NCBI GenBank assembly: GCA_963703225.1
Contig: OY969801.1
Span: 2,240,001 to 2,304,000, forward strand
From: Candidatus Eiseniibacteriota bacterium
GTDB lineage: Bacteria > Eisenbacteria > RBG-16-71-46 > SZUA-252
DNA: 64,000 bases
Direction: 5' to 3'
In this document: one piece after another, positions 1-9,690 of the stretch
Layout: the number at the start of each line of letters is the position of its first letter
Numbering within the stretch: position 1 is the first letter of the stretch
Notes under the pieces: model-generated
What the model was told of the DNA's origin: nothing
The model's input: only the letters and a program-made list of their open reading frames with translations
The model's database searches: none
Made by a program: the position numbers and the translations under genes

Positions 1-49
1 CATGCAATCCTATTCAGCCGTAGCATGATAGCCGGGGTGGTACCGCCGG

Positions 50-997
50 TCAAGGCGGCGCGGCCGGGCGCCCTCCCGAGAGATCCCATGCAGGCTCCAC
101 GTGGATCGTCACTTCCACCAGTTGCGGAAATTGACGCTGCAGATCCTCCTTAACCCCGTGGGCCAGGGCATGGCTCTCCCTCACCGACATGTCTGGCGCG
201 ACCTCCAGGTGCATGTCGGCGACGTAGTAGATACCCATTTTCCGCATGAGAAGTTTCTCCACTTTGTAGACCCCCGGCCGGGCCTCCGCGACCCGTCTCG
301 CGTCTTCCACCAGGTAGCGGGCGGGGCTCGTGTCCATCAGCTCCTGGACCGCGGGATGGAGCTGCCGCCACCCCGTCAGAATGATGATCCCGCTCGCGAA
401 GAGCGCGGCCCAGCTGTCGGCGGCCTCGAACCGCTTGCCGCCGACCAGCGCGAGGGCGATCCCGATCGCCGCCGCCCCGGAGGTGATCGCGTCCGCGCGG
501 TGGTGCCAGGCATCGGTGCGGACGGCATGGCTCCCCGTCTCCCGCCCGACCCGGGACACGAACCGAAACATGATTTCTTTGATCACCACGACGCCGATGA
601 CGACCGCGAGCGTGAAGGGGGCTGGGCCTTGGTGCGGAATCACGATCTGGTGGACCGACTCCGTGGCGATCCCCACGCCCGCGCCGATCAGGAGGATCGC
701 CACGAACGCGGCGGCGAGCGGCTCCGCCTTTCCGTGTCCGTACGGGTGGTCGGCGTCGGGCGGACGGGACGCGACGTCGAGCCCGCCCCAGACGACGAGC
801 GATCCCACCGAATCGCCGAGTGACTCCACCGCGTCGGCGACCAGGGCTTGGCTGTGTCCGAAAATTCCCGCCGCGAGCTTGCCCAGCCCCAGGAGGAGAT
901 TGACGGCGAGGCCGACGAGGCTGGAGCGCTTGCCTCGAACGTAGGGATTGGGGCTGGCGGGGCGTCCCGCGCGGACTTTGGAAGGCGGCTCGATCAT
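50..997 (-). CDS. Cation diffusion facilitator family transporter (FieF-like)
   Basis: TM helices with motifs SQALVADAVES, PPDADHPYGHGKAE, DAWHHRAD and a C-terminal dimerisation domain ending TIHVEP. Confidence 0.92.
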   Translation of the reverse strand: MIEPPSKVRAGRPASPNPYVRGKRSSLVGLAVNLLLGLGKLAAGIFGHSQALVADAVESLGDSVGSLVVWGGLDVASRPPDADHPYGHGKAEPLAAAFVAILLIGAGVGIATESVHQIVIPHQGPAPFTLAVVIGVVVIKEIMFRFVSRVGRETGSHAVRTDAWHHRADAITSGAAAIGIALALVGGKRFEAADSWAALFASGIIILTGWRQLHPAVQELMDTSPARYLVEDARRVAEARPGVYKVEKLLMRKMGIYYVADMHLEVAPDMSVRESHALAHGVKEDLQRQFPQLVEVTIHVEPAWDLSGGRPAAPP

Positions 998-1000
998 TTC

Positions 1001-2269
1001 TTATCGAAGTCGGTGCGCGAGCTCGACGGGGTCTACGTACACCGTGAAGCCTTCCTTCTCCACCCGCTCGAGATAGATCGACTGCGGTGCGTCGGCGTGA
1101 TCGTACCGGAATCCGCCCACCTTGCCGAACTCAAAGCCCGCGCCCCATCCCGAAGTATCGCCGATGACGGTTCCCGTCGGATCGTCAATGTGGCCGTTCC
1201 TAAGAGTGAAAATGTTCAGGAACGTGAGCTCCCATCCGGTCAGACCGATCTCCTGGCCCGACTTGGACATCGTGGTAGGCGTATTGGGAGTGCTCGGAGG
1301 TGGTACCAAACGTGATGAGAGGCTGAAGGATATCCACGATCCAACCGAATCGCTTCGCCGCGGAGGGATTTCTCGGCACGCGCCGGGAGCGCCAAATCGA
1401 CGTGGAATGCACCTCCCCAGTGCGAATCCTTGGCGATCGGGTCAGGCTGACTTGTATCGATAGTACGTTATCGTCGCGTCGTTGTCGAAATTGATGGCCG
1501 AAGAACCGTAACTGGCGTCGATGCGCGTTCGGACGAAGCGGTCAATCCAAGGGATAAACCCGGGGTAGTCGATCGAATTGTAGGGCGTGATCCGGATCAG
1601 CAGTCCGTGGTCTCGCTCGTCCGCCTCGCCGTATCCCGCGAGCCCGTCCAGGGTCACGCTGGCGGGAAACAAGTCCACCTGGATCGACTTCCAGGTTTGC
1701 CCCAACGACACGTCGGCGTAGCGGCTAATCAGAGGGAGATCGAACCCGGCGACCCGTCCCAGGTTCTCGAGTAGCTCCGCCACGCTGAAGCCGACGCCGA
1801 TGGCCTGAATCTTCTCGGTGCTGGTGAATACGCCGATGATATTTCCATCGACGTCTGTCGCGACGCTCTTCCCGTAGTTAAGCTCGAGACCGCCGACATA
1901 CTTGATGGGCTTCCCCGCCATGTAGAGGCCGATCCCCCAGTAGCCCAGGGTGATCTGATCGGAAGTGAAAGAGACGTCGTCCGCGAGATCCGGAACAAGT
2001 TGGTTCTTCCCGTGCTCGTATCGAATTCCGCGGTGATATCCGAAGAGCGCCGGATTCACCCAACCGTTCGGGTCTCCACCCCAGAACACGGCCACGCCGG
2101 CCCGCCCCATTCCCCAGGCGCGGGCCGAGGGGTCGATGAGGGTCGCTTGTGCCCCGGAAAACGCGGCTCCTTGGGCGCGGGCTTCGGTTGGCGCGATGAT
2201 CGGTAGGATCATGAGGGCGCCGAGGATTCGAAGTGTGAAGCCAAATGCAACCGTGTGCGTCGTTCGCAT
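1001..2269 (-). pseudogene. Secreted/outer-membrane PorV/UPF0164-like protein, frameshifted (ORFs 1442-2269 and 1001-1309 joined)
   Basis: Signal peptide then LIDPSARAWGMGRAGVA...WVNPA, a PorV-like N-terminus. Removing one base near 1462 continues the frame (IDTSQPDPIAKD...) into the 1001-1309 ORF; probably sequencing indels. Confidence 0.5.
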
Positions 2270-2514
2270 GGAGAGCGCCTCAGTGAGCCTGCGAAAGGCA
2301 GACGAGTAGTCTGCAACAGGCCGCCGGCGATCACAACCGAAACGTAGCTTCGATCGTGCACAGCGCACGATCCTGCTTGCATCTACTCCCGGCAGTTGTA
2401 TGTTGTGTTTGAGGGCGCCATTGGATCCAACGCCCTTGTGATCATCCCGCACGGCGACGTCCGCACATGCAGGGGACGCCGTCAAACGCTGAACCGATGC
2501 ACGGGAGGTCGATG

Positions 2515-2841
2515 ATGGCAGCAAGAAGAAGAAGGAGAAAGGCGAAGAAAGCTGTCCGGAAGACCGTACGGCGGGTAAGAAGGCGGAAGCGCGTGGCCAA
2601 GCGCAGGGTTCGCAGGGTCGTGCGCAAGACCGTCCGCCGGAGGAGAGTCAAGAAGGCCGTTCGCCGGCGCAGGACCCGTCGCGCGGTGCGGAAGACTGTC
2701 CGCCGGAGGCGAGTCAAGAAGGCCGTCCGGCGCCGGAGAGTGAAGCGGGTTGTCCGCAAGGCAGTCCGCCGTCGCAGAAGGGCCAAGAAGGCCATCTCGG
2801 CCATGATGGAAGGCGGGCCCGAGGGCGGCGGGATGTTCTAG
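2515..2841 (+). CDS. Arg/Lys-rich protamine/histone H1-like basic protein
   Basis: GGGAGG RBS at 2503-2508 before ATG; repeated VRKTVRRRRVKKA units; own terminator downstream. Confidence 0.8.
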   Translation: MAARRRRRKAKKAVRKTVRRVRRRKRVAKRRVRRVVRKTVRRRRVKKAVRRRRTRRAVRKTVRRRRVKKAVRRRRVKRVVRKAVRRRRRAKKAISAMMEGGPEGGGMF

Positions 2842-2870
2842 CCCGACTCATCCAGATATCGGAATCAAAG

Positions 2871-2906
2871 GCCGCCGATCGGGAAACCGGTCGGCGGTTC
2901 TTTGTT
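2871..2906 (+). terminator. Rho-independent terminator
   Basis: GCCGCCGATCGG-GAAA-CCGGTCGGCGGT hairpin followed by TCTTTGTT. Confidence 0.8.
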
Positions 2907-3765
2907 AGGTTTTGGGGCCGCTCGCGGCCGCGGAGGCCGATCGAATCGCCGCACTTCCCCCAGCGAGAACCTTGCCGAGAAAGGCATGCACCACGGTGTT
3001 GAATTGGTCCGGCCGCTGCAGCGGCGCGAAATGGCTCACGCCCGGCAGGAGGATCAATTCCGCCCCGGGGATGGTCCGGGCCAGATATTCAGCATGCTCC
3101 GGCTTGATGAACTCGTCGTTCTCGCTTTGTACGATCGCGACGGGCACATGGATCTCCGCCAAATCGCTTGCCGAATAGTTGGGCTGCGTCTTCATCATCT
3201 CGCCGACCGCATCGGAGAACGCGCCGAATTGATCCGGCGTGGCCGACAGAAGGGAATAGTCCTTGGCGTGGCGATTGAAGCACCGTTGGAGGATCGGGCC
3301 GAACACGACCTCCCTGGTGCCGCTGGGGTCCATATTGCAGCCAAAGAAGAATACGCCCGCGATACGCGCGGGCGCCTTCATCGCCAGGATCAAAGCGATG
3401 CACGCGCCGTCGCTCCAGCCGACGACGGCTGCCCTTCCCACGTGCAATGCGTCCATCACGGCTAGAACGTCGGATGCCATCAACTCGTACGTGTAGGACC
3501 GCGAGTCGCGTGTGCTGCGGCCGTGCCCGCGGCTATCGATGAGGACGAGGCGATAGCCAGAGCTGACCAGCATGGGAACCTGATATCCCCAATTGCCACT
3601 GTGGCCGAGGCCACCGTGCAGCAAGATTACGGGAGGGCCCGACCCATACGACGCGTACCAGATTCGAGCGCCGTCGTGGTCCACGTAGCCCTGATCGCTG
3701 CTGGCCGGCAAGGGCGCCGCACCCTGTGCTGCGAACTTCGTGAGGTCGTCGTCGAAGGATTCCAT
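2905..3765 (-). CDS. Alpha/beta fold hydrolase
   Basis: LLHGGLG, DSRGHGRS, nucleophile GWSDG, SHFAPLQ. Start trimmed to MESFDDD because the longer ORF runs through the tRNA fragment. Confidence 0.9.
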   Translation of the reverse strand: MESFDDDLTKFAAQGAAPLPASSDQGYVDHDGARIWYASYGSGPPVILLHGGLGHSGNWGYQVPMLVSSGYRLVLIDSRGHGRSTRDSRSYTYELMASDVLAVMDALHVGRAAVVGWSDGACIALILAMKAPARIAGVFFFGCNMDPSGTREVVFGPILQRCFNRHAKDYSLLSATPDQFGAFSDAVGEMMKTQPNYSASDLAEIHVPVAIVQSENDEFIKPEHAEYLARTIPGAELILLPGVSHFAPLQRPDQFNTVVHAFLGKVLAGGSAAIRSASAAASGPKT

Positions 3766-3811
3766 GTTGAGTCTGGCCGGGCCCCAGTGCCGAAGACCTG
3801 ACCGATTGAAT

Positions 3812-3870
3812 TGGCGGAGGGGGTAGGATTCGAACCCACGGTGCCTTTCAGCACAGCGGTTTTCAAGACC
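3812..3870 (-). repeat. Displaced 3' half of tRNA-Ser(TGA), att-like direct repeat
   Basis: 57/59 nt identical to 11356-11414, from GGTCTTGAAA through CCA. Confidence 0.93.
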
Positions 3871-4071
3871 TATCACTCCCGGGAGAGCATCGACGAACAT
3901 CGACGAGAAGCCACCATTTCCGCATAAGTTACCCCTCACACTCCAACGATCATTCTCTCCCATGTTTGCCCTTGCGTGCTCGTGTTTTGGTGACCGCTAG
4001 GTGACCGCGCACTCTCGAGCGCGTTGTCTGCGTCGCCGCCCGAGTCATGGGTCTTGTTGCAGAAGCCGCGG

Positions 4072-4352
4072 TCAGGGTCGCCCGTCCGGACCACGCCGCC
4101 AATCCGGCGTGAACACGAAGTAGTGGCCGAGCACCAGCTCGGCGGGCAGCCCGTTCAACCGGCACAGGAGCCACGTGTGGTAGGCGTGCTCCCGGCAGAA
4201 CAGGCCGAAATCGAGCCCGCCACCGTCGACTATCCGCGACAGCTCGGTGTAGAGGTGGTTCAGCTGCCGCTTCACAGCGCGAGTCAGGATCCTCCGAGTC
4301 AGGCCCTCCGTCACAGCTCCTCGATCACGATGCCGTACTCGGTTCCGATCAC
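4072..4352 (-). pseudogene. Short hypothetical gene or fragment at island edge
   Basis: GTG overlapping the DUF3800 stop, probable frameshift near 4314, protein-like LFCREHAYHTWLLC segment. Confidence 0.35.
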
Positions 4353-5380
4353 CGCTTGACCTCCCAGGGCCGCGCCTGACGGTCGAGATCGGCGGCGACC
4401 CGAGCGTAGGGCATGCCCGAGATGGACAGAACCGACTTCGACTCTGGCATCAGCGTCACGTATTTTGCCGTCGTGCCGCCTCGAAAGTCTCTCACCAGGA
4501 GGCGGCCGAGCCTCCGCCAGCCGCGGTCGCCGAGCCTGCCGCTGAGCGCGCGACGGAATGCGTTGGCCACGATGTCCGCCAGGCGCAGCCCCGAACTCGC
4601 TCGCGAGTCCTCAAAGCGCAGATCCGCCATGATCTTTCGGATGTCGCTGGAGTGGAACGGTCCGGCGCGGCCCGCCGGCATTCCCCTCTGGAGGTGATCA
4701 GGCGCTTTCGGCAGCGTGGGATTCTGGAAGGGGGCCATCGCGGAGTAGTCGAACCCCTTGAGGGAGATCAAGCCCTCGCGAAGGGAGATCGTCTGAACCA
4801 TTGGCATCACGATGTCGGTCCACGTCCGCTCGTAGTCCGTCGGCTTGCTCTCCTTCGCGTCGAGGCGCCACGAGAAGTTGCCGAGCGACTTCGGCTCGGT
4901 CTGGACGAAGCGAATCTCGCCCGCCTGCAGCGTGTTCCAGACGGCCTGCGTCAGCAGCGCTGACTGGGTGTACAGGGGAACGGAGATCGCCTCGACGCGG
5001 GAGGCGAGCGCACGGGCGTCCTCCCGCGCGGACTCCTTGAACTCCGGCCGGTCAGTCGAAGCGCGAATCTTCTCCGCCTGCCCCCGTCTGTGCGCCTCGA
5101 TATCGGCTTTGGTGTGCCGACCCATGTCGATCACGACGACGGTCAGCATCACATTGAAGTTGGTCAGATGGGTGACCACCTTGTCGACCTGGCGCTCCGA
5201 CAGCTGGCTACCCTTCGGCTCCACCTTGCCGAGCCTCCAGCCGGAGACGATCCGCTCGAACCCCGTCAGGACGACCTGCAGATCCTTCTCCCCGACGGCC
5301 AGCGCGGCGACGCAGCAGATGGACGGCGAGCCGTCGGACGGGAACGCGAAAGGGCCCGACTCGTCTATGAAGATGTGCAA
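4349..5380 (-). CDS. DUF3800 domain protein (RNase H-like fold)
   Basis: N-terminal IFIDESG and C-terminal SSGLRLADIVANAF motifs typical of DUF3800. Confidence 0.8.
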   Translation of the reverse strand: MHIFIDESGPFAFPSDGSPSICCVAALAVGEKDLQVVLTGFERIVSGWRLGKVEPKGSQLSERQVDKVVTHLTNFNVMLTVVVIDMGRHTKADIEAHRRGQAEKIRASTDRPEFKESAREDARALASRVEAISVPLYTQSALLTQAVWNTLQAGEIRFVQTEPKSLGNFSWRLDAKESKPTDYERTWTDIVMPMVQTISLREGLISLKGFDYSAMAPFQNPTLPKAPDHLQRGMPAGRAGPFHSSDIRKIMADLRFEDSRASSGLRLADIVANAFRRALSGRLGDRGWRRLGRLLVRDFRGGTTAKYVTLMPESKSVLSISGMPYARVAADLDRQARPWEVKR

Positions 5381-5504
5381 CAGCCCCCCGTCAACGCACC
5401 TTCACGATCACGCGGCTTCCCCTCGAACGACCGCACCTTCATTCCTCCCACAGACCTCGGCCTTCCTTCCTCGCCTTCTTCTCCAGCTTCCGAAACTCTC
5501 ATCA

Positions 5505-5730
5505 GCTTGTTCGGGTGTACCGATTCGGGGGTGTCCACACCGATCAGCCGCACCGTCTCGGTCTTGCTCCCGATCTTCACCTTGATTGTGTCGCCATCGA
5601 CGACCCTGACGACCTTGCCCCGCTCAGCGGCGTGCGCGAGTACCGGCAGCAGGACCGCTAACGCAAGTAGCGACCGAAGGAGCCGCCGCGAACCCGGGCT
5701 CACGCCGGCATTTGCCGTCGAGGATTGCAA
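5505..5730 (-). pseudogene. Truncated thermonuclease (SNase family)
   Basis: Signal peptide plus VVRVVDGDTI...VRLIGVDTPESVHPNK, after which similarity stops abruptly. Confidence 0.75.
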
Positions 5731-5732
5731 GT

Positions 5733-6500
5733 TTAGTCCCCGCTCTTCGTTGTGCTGAGGGGCTGTGCCTTGGGTTCCAGGTCGGCCGCCGTAAACTTGC
5801 TCGAGAATTTTCGAGCCTCTTCTAGAACCGGTTCAGTAGGAGCTTCCATCACGCGCCCATCAGCGAGACGAACCCGAGCAACGTACCCTATGGACGCGTA
5901 GTGCGCCTGGACATCATTCTCTGAGTACAGGTTCCACTCCCCAATAAGCTCCCTTGTGCCGACACTCGCGTCACCGACCTCCACGAAACTGAGGGTCCTC
6001 ACATGATTCCCCCAGATGTCGAAGGTGAGAAAGTTCACCTGTACCGCCCTGATCGAATCCTTGACTGTGACTCTGAATCTGCTGCGATAGCGATATCCGT
6101 TTGCATAGAGCGTGGTTACTCCTGGAGTCCCCTCGAGATCTACCGGAATTACGCGGAAGTGCACGGCTATCCACTCGCGCCTAAGCGAGGAGTTCTTGGC
6201 GACGGCAATCCCAAGTCCCAAATTAGTGGTTATGCTGCCGCCGTCGGCACGTGTAACGGTGGCACCTGCACTTTCGGATTTGGGCGCGACCGGTGCTTGA
6301 GCGGAGGACGACGTGTCCTTCTTGTGACGGATTGAAAGCAGATTCTCCGACGCGAAGCTTCGCACCGCCAGGTCGGCAATGACCAGAACCGTCACCGCCC
6401 CGGTGAGGATGGACAGAACGGTCGCAGTCCGGACCTTTGTCGCCGGAATGAGGCGAGTCAGCACATAGAGGCCGAGAACGATGCCAATCTCTTGAATCAT
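5733..6500 (-). CDS. Hypothetical membrane-anchored protein
   Basis: 255-aa ORF with AAGGAG RBS, two N-terminal hydrophobic segments, more AT-rich codons than flanking genes. Confidence 0.75.
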   Translation of the reverse strand: MIQEIGIVLGLYVLTRLIPATKVRTATVLSILTGAVTVLVIADLAVRSFASENLLSIRHKKDTSSSAQAPVAPKSESAGATVTRADGGSITTNLGLGIAVAKNSSLRREWIAVHFRVIPVDLEGTPGVTTLYANGYRYRSRFRVTVKDSIRAVQVNFLTFDIWGNHVRTLSFVEVGDASVGTRELIGEWNLYSENDVQAHYASIGYVARVRLADGRVMEAPTEPVLEEARKFSSKFTAADLEPKAQPLSTTKSGD

Positions 6501-6639
6501 GGTCGCTCCTTTGGAGCTTGTGCAGAGCGCTCCCTCGACCTAGCGAGTGTCCGACGCGCCCCTGTCGAGATGACTTCGACCAACTGATGGCAGATCAGTA
6601 TCACGGTAAGGATTGATGTGCTCGGCGCGAAACCAGGAG

Positions 6640-7473
6640 TCAGCCTCGCCATCTTTTACGCCGCTGAAGTGCTGTCGTGTACCGGCACTGCGGATATGAC
6701 GTGCAGCCCATGAACTTTCCCCTCGGACCCTTGATGGTGCGCAGCGGACTGCCGCACCTTGGGCAGACGCCCGGCTCTGCGGTGGGCGTCGGGTTGAAGT
6801 CGCCGGGGACGACATCGCCCTCAGAAAGATGTTCCAGCAGGAGAGCTTGTAGCTGCGGCAATTCGATGATCGAAATGGCCTTCCCCTTGATCCATTCCTG
6901 CGCCTGCGGCGACACCTTGCCCGTAGTAACCACGAAGGCTGACGACGCTTCCGTTGCGTGCATCGTTCCGTAGAGGTCTCTTAGGATCGGCTCACCAACG
7001 GAACCCTTCACCCGCTTACATTGGATGATCGACTTCTTCCCCTCGCGGGTCGCGTAGGCGTCCACCCCTCCATCACCGGTATACGGTGTGCGGGCCACTT
7101 CGTATCCCATGCGCTCGAATAGCTGGCAAACCAGTTCCTCAAAGTCCCTCGGGTCCATGGCCCGTACAAACTCCGGCAGTCGGATTTGTGCTAGCCACTC
7201 GGCCCGCCGCCGCCGGTGTTCGGCAGCCCGTGCTCGCGCTTCCTCCTCCTGGCGGAGCCGGGCTTCCTCGACACATTGCGGGCATAACGTCGGCACTGCT
7301 GCAGCACCCCGAAGGCCGTGGGCGCAGGGTTCAATCGCACGAGCGCGCCTTCCCCGTTGCTCTCTCCAGGCCCTTTCAATTGGGGAGAAGAGTACGGCGC
7401 CCAAGAATGGCACTACGATCCAGAGGATCCAAGGGCCGCCCAGCACATAGCCCAGTACCTTCCCGAAATCCAT
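6640..7473 (-). CDS. Mrr-family restriction endonuclease with N-terminal TM segment and C-terminal topoisomerase-type C4 zinc finger
   Basis: DFEELVCQLFERMGY...GDGGVD...IIQCKR (Mrr_cat); CPRCGSPL...GKFMGCTSYPQCRYT. Confidence 0.88.
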   Translation of the reverse strand: MDFGKVLGYVLGGPWILWIVVPFLGAVLFSPIERAWREQRGRRARAIEPCAHGLRGAAAVPTLCPQCVEEARLRQEEEARARAAEHRRRRAEWLAQIRLPEFVRAMDPRDFEELVCQLFERMGYEVARTPYTGDGGVDAYATREGKKSIIQCKRVKGSVGEPILRDLYGTMHATEASSAFVVTTGKVSPQAQEWIKGKAISIIELPQLQALLLEHLSEGDVVPGDFNPTPTAEPGVCPRCGSPLRTIKGPRGKFMGCTSYPQCRYTTALQRRKRWRG

Positions 7474-7532
7474 GCCCCAGTCTATACCCAGGCCACAGTC
7501 TGGGTGGAATGGCCGAACACGGGGCTAGCCTC

Positions 7533-7663
7533 ACCCTCTCAGCCCTGAGCTTCGCGTGGGACTCCGCGCCGGGTGGGGATGACCTGAGGCGGGCCGGCGG
7601 ACAGGCAAGGCGACCGGGGGAACCCCGCCCCCGGGGTGATCTCGCGTCCTCGTGGCAATCCGC
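7533..7663 (+). repeat. Island-internal ~130-bp repeat, copy A
   Basis: Aligns over its full length with 10902-11030; core TTCGCRTGGGACTCCGCGCCGGGTGG..GACCTGAGGCGGGCC also at 9474-9530. Confidence 0.85.
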
Positions 7664-7776
7664 CGCAGTAGGTGGGGCCGCGACGGGCTCCGCCGTGCCT
7701 GCGCCGGGTGAGGGGACGCCAACCTGGATCCCGGGCCGGGTTGACTCCCGGCGGCTGCTGGGTGTTTGCTTTCGAG

Positions 7777-8445
7777 ATGGAGAATTACGAACCCTGCGCT
7801 GAGTGCGGGGGAATCCATCTCCCCGGGCGCCGCCGCTGCCCGCGCTGCGGTAAGGTGCACGTCGTAGGGCCGCCAGATCCCGCCCGTGTCCGGTACCTCG
7901 CTCTTGACTACGAGTGCCCGGCACCGGTCCTGCGCCTCGAGTATCCGCTCCTGCCGTCGGCGATGGGCCGGACGGCCATCGTTCCAGCGGTGGACAAATC
8001 CGGCCGGGAGCCGAGCGAGCGCTTTCAGGGGGCACTCTTTGCTCACGCCTTGACCGAGCTGTCTGGATATCACGTTCACGTCGGGTTCGGCCCGAAGGAA
8101 CACCGCGCGGGCGACGAGGATTGCGTCGTGCGCTGGCAGGTCGACGAGGACTTCGACTTTTCCCCGGTTCAACTCAAGCGCCTCGTATCCGCCGAGACAA
8201 ACGCCTCGGCCGATCTGGAGCGCGACGTGAACCGGAAGCTGGAGGGAGTCATCGCTCCGACGCTGCACTTCGTTTGGACGATCAACCGCGAGATGCTCCT
8301 GAAGCCTCGGGAGCTGCGGCTCCCTGGGCTCCAGGTCGCGGGCGTCTGGATCCTCAACTCCGCCGGCCCCGACGGGACGCGCTGGCACCTCCATGGCGAC
8401 TTCGTCCACCGCATCGTCGGCCTTGAGCTCCCATACCCGCAATGA
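7777..8445 (+). CDS. Hypothetical protein with N-terminal zinc ribbon
   Basis: CAECGG...CPRCGK; ATGA overlap with the next gene. Confidence 0.65.
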   Translation: MENYEPCAECGGIHLPGRRRCPRCGKVHVVGPPDPARVRYLALDYECPAPVLRLEYPLLPSAMGRTAIVPAVDKSGREPSERFQGALFAHALTELSGYHVHVGFGPKEHRAGDEDCVVRWQVDEDFDFSPVQLKRLVSAETNASADLERDVNRKLEGVIAPTLHFVWTINREMLLKPRELRLPGLQVAGVWILNSAGPDGTRWHLHGDFVHRIVGLELPYPQ

Positions 8446-9179
8446 GGGATCCGCACGTCGAGTCCATCATCTACCGTCTGGAGGACCCCGACGTATTCTT
8501 CGAGGGGGTCCGCGACCTGCCTGTCGACAACCCCGATTTCCGCGGCCTCCTGTCAGACGGTACGCTCACGCTCAGGCCGAAAGCCCATTTTTCCACCGTA
8601 GAGGAGGCCCGTGTCCCCGCTGACGCGTTCGTGCGGGCTTGGGAGATTTCGGGAGGCCTGGCGCTGGGTCATCCCGGATTCCAATTCCGCTTCGAGGCCG
8701 CCGAAGCCGTAGGCATGGATCCCGACACGGGCAAACCCGTGGATCAATTCACAGCGGTCGTCCCGGCCGTGGTGACCGCCACTCTCCATGTCCAGGTGCC
8801 GAAGGGCACCTACCCGCCTCCCCCTCAGGTCTCGCGCGCCGATCCAGACGCAGAAGCAATGTGGAACCGGTTCAGCGGGTATCTCGAGGGAAAGGAGCCG
8901 CTTCTGGGTATGGCCTACGCCTGCCTCACGATTCTCGAGCGCGGCGAGCATAGAAGGGACGCGGCCGCCCGGCTCTCGATCAGCCTCGCGGTCTTGAGCA
9001 AGTTGGGCAATCTGAGTTCTGCCCGAGGAGACAAGCGGAGCGCGCGGAAGTGGCATCCCCGAAATTCCCCGCTCACCCCAGATGAGGAAGCTTGGGTTCG
9101 GGCCGCCATTCAGGCAATCATCAAGCATCTCCTGACACGGATGTCGGGCCAGAAGCTCTCGATGAGCGATGTTCTATAG
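8442..9179 (+). CDS. Hypothetical protein (beta-rich N-terminus, helical C-terminus)
   Basis: 245-aa ORF with natural composition, translationally coupled to the upstream gene. Confidence 0.75.
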   Translation: MRDPHVESIIYRLEDPDVFFEGVRDLPVDNPDFRGLLSDGTLTLRPKAHFSTVEEARVPADAFVRAWEISGGLALGHPGFQFRFEAAEAVGMDPDTGKPVDQFTAVVPAVVTATLHVQVPKGTYPPPPQVSRADPDAEAMWNRFSGYLEGKEPLLGMAYACLTILERGEHRRDAAARLSISLAVLSKLGNLSSARGDKRSARKWHPRNSPLTPDEEAWVRAAIQAIIKHLLTRMSGQKLSMSDVL

Positions 9180-9227
9180 CTTTCAGTTTGGTTTCAGGGC
9201 CTCTGGACTCGCTGTAAGGCCTCGGCC

Positions 9228-9535
9228 ATGAGTTCCAAGGGCGGCAGTGCCAGTAAGGGCGGCGAGGAGGCGAAGCGCGGCAAGATCTCCGAGAAGCGGA
9301 TTCCGTTCGAGTCGGGCGATTTCTATCTCATCATCGCGCGGCGGGCGCTGGAGGAGGCGCTGCCCCCCCGACGGCGTCCATCTCGGCGGGTGGACTTTCA
9401 GCGAGGAGCCGCTCGTCGAGAAGCTGCCGTCGGATCACTTCCGGTTCGCGGTGACGTGGGCCCTCACCAACGCAGCCCGGAGGTTCGCATGGGACTCCGC
9501 GCCGGGTGGGGAGGACCTGAGGCGGGCCGGGCAGA
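9228..9535 (+). pseudogene. Gene fragment ending in repeat copy B (9474-9530)
   Basis: Protein-like frame broken at a poly-C run near 9363: ...RRALEEALPP/DGVHLGGWTFSEE...ARRFAWDSAPGGEDLRRAG. Confidence 0.45.
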
Positions 9536-9690
9536 CAATCTCTACACTTTCTGGGCCGCTCCCCATGAGCCGCCCTACGAATGGAGAATCCCAACGAACG
9601 CGCGAGGGCTCCACGAGCCAAAGCTGGGGGTAGCCCGTCCCCAACCCTGTTGCTGGACAACCCGTTAACGGGGTGGGTACACTGCCCGGC

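Noticed and set aside
2442..2804. Antisense Arg/Thr/Leu-rich ORF
   Set aside because: Mirror of the plus-strand basic protein, which has the RBS and terminator
2905..3963. 352-aa extended hydrolase ORF
   Set aside because: The extension reads through the tRNA fragment; the real start is more likely 3765
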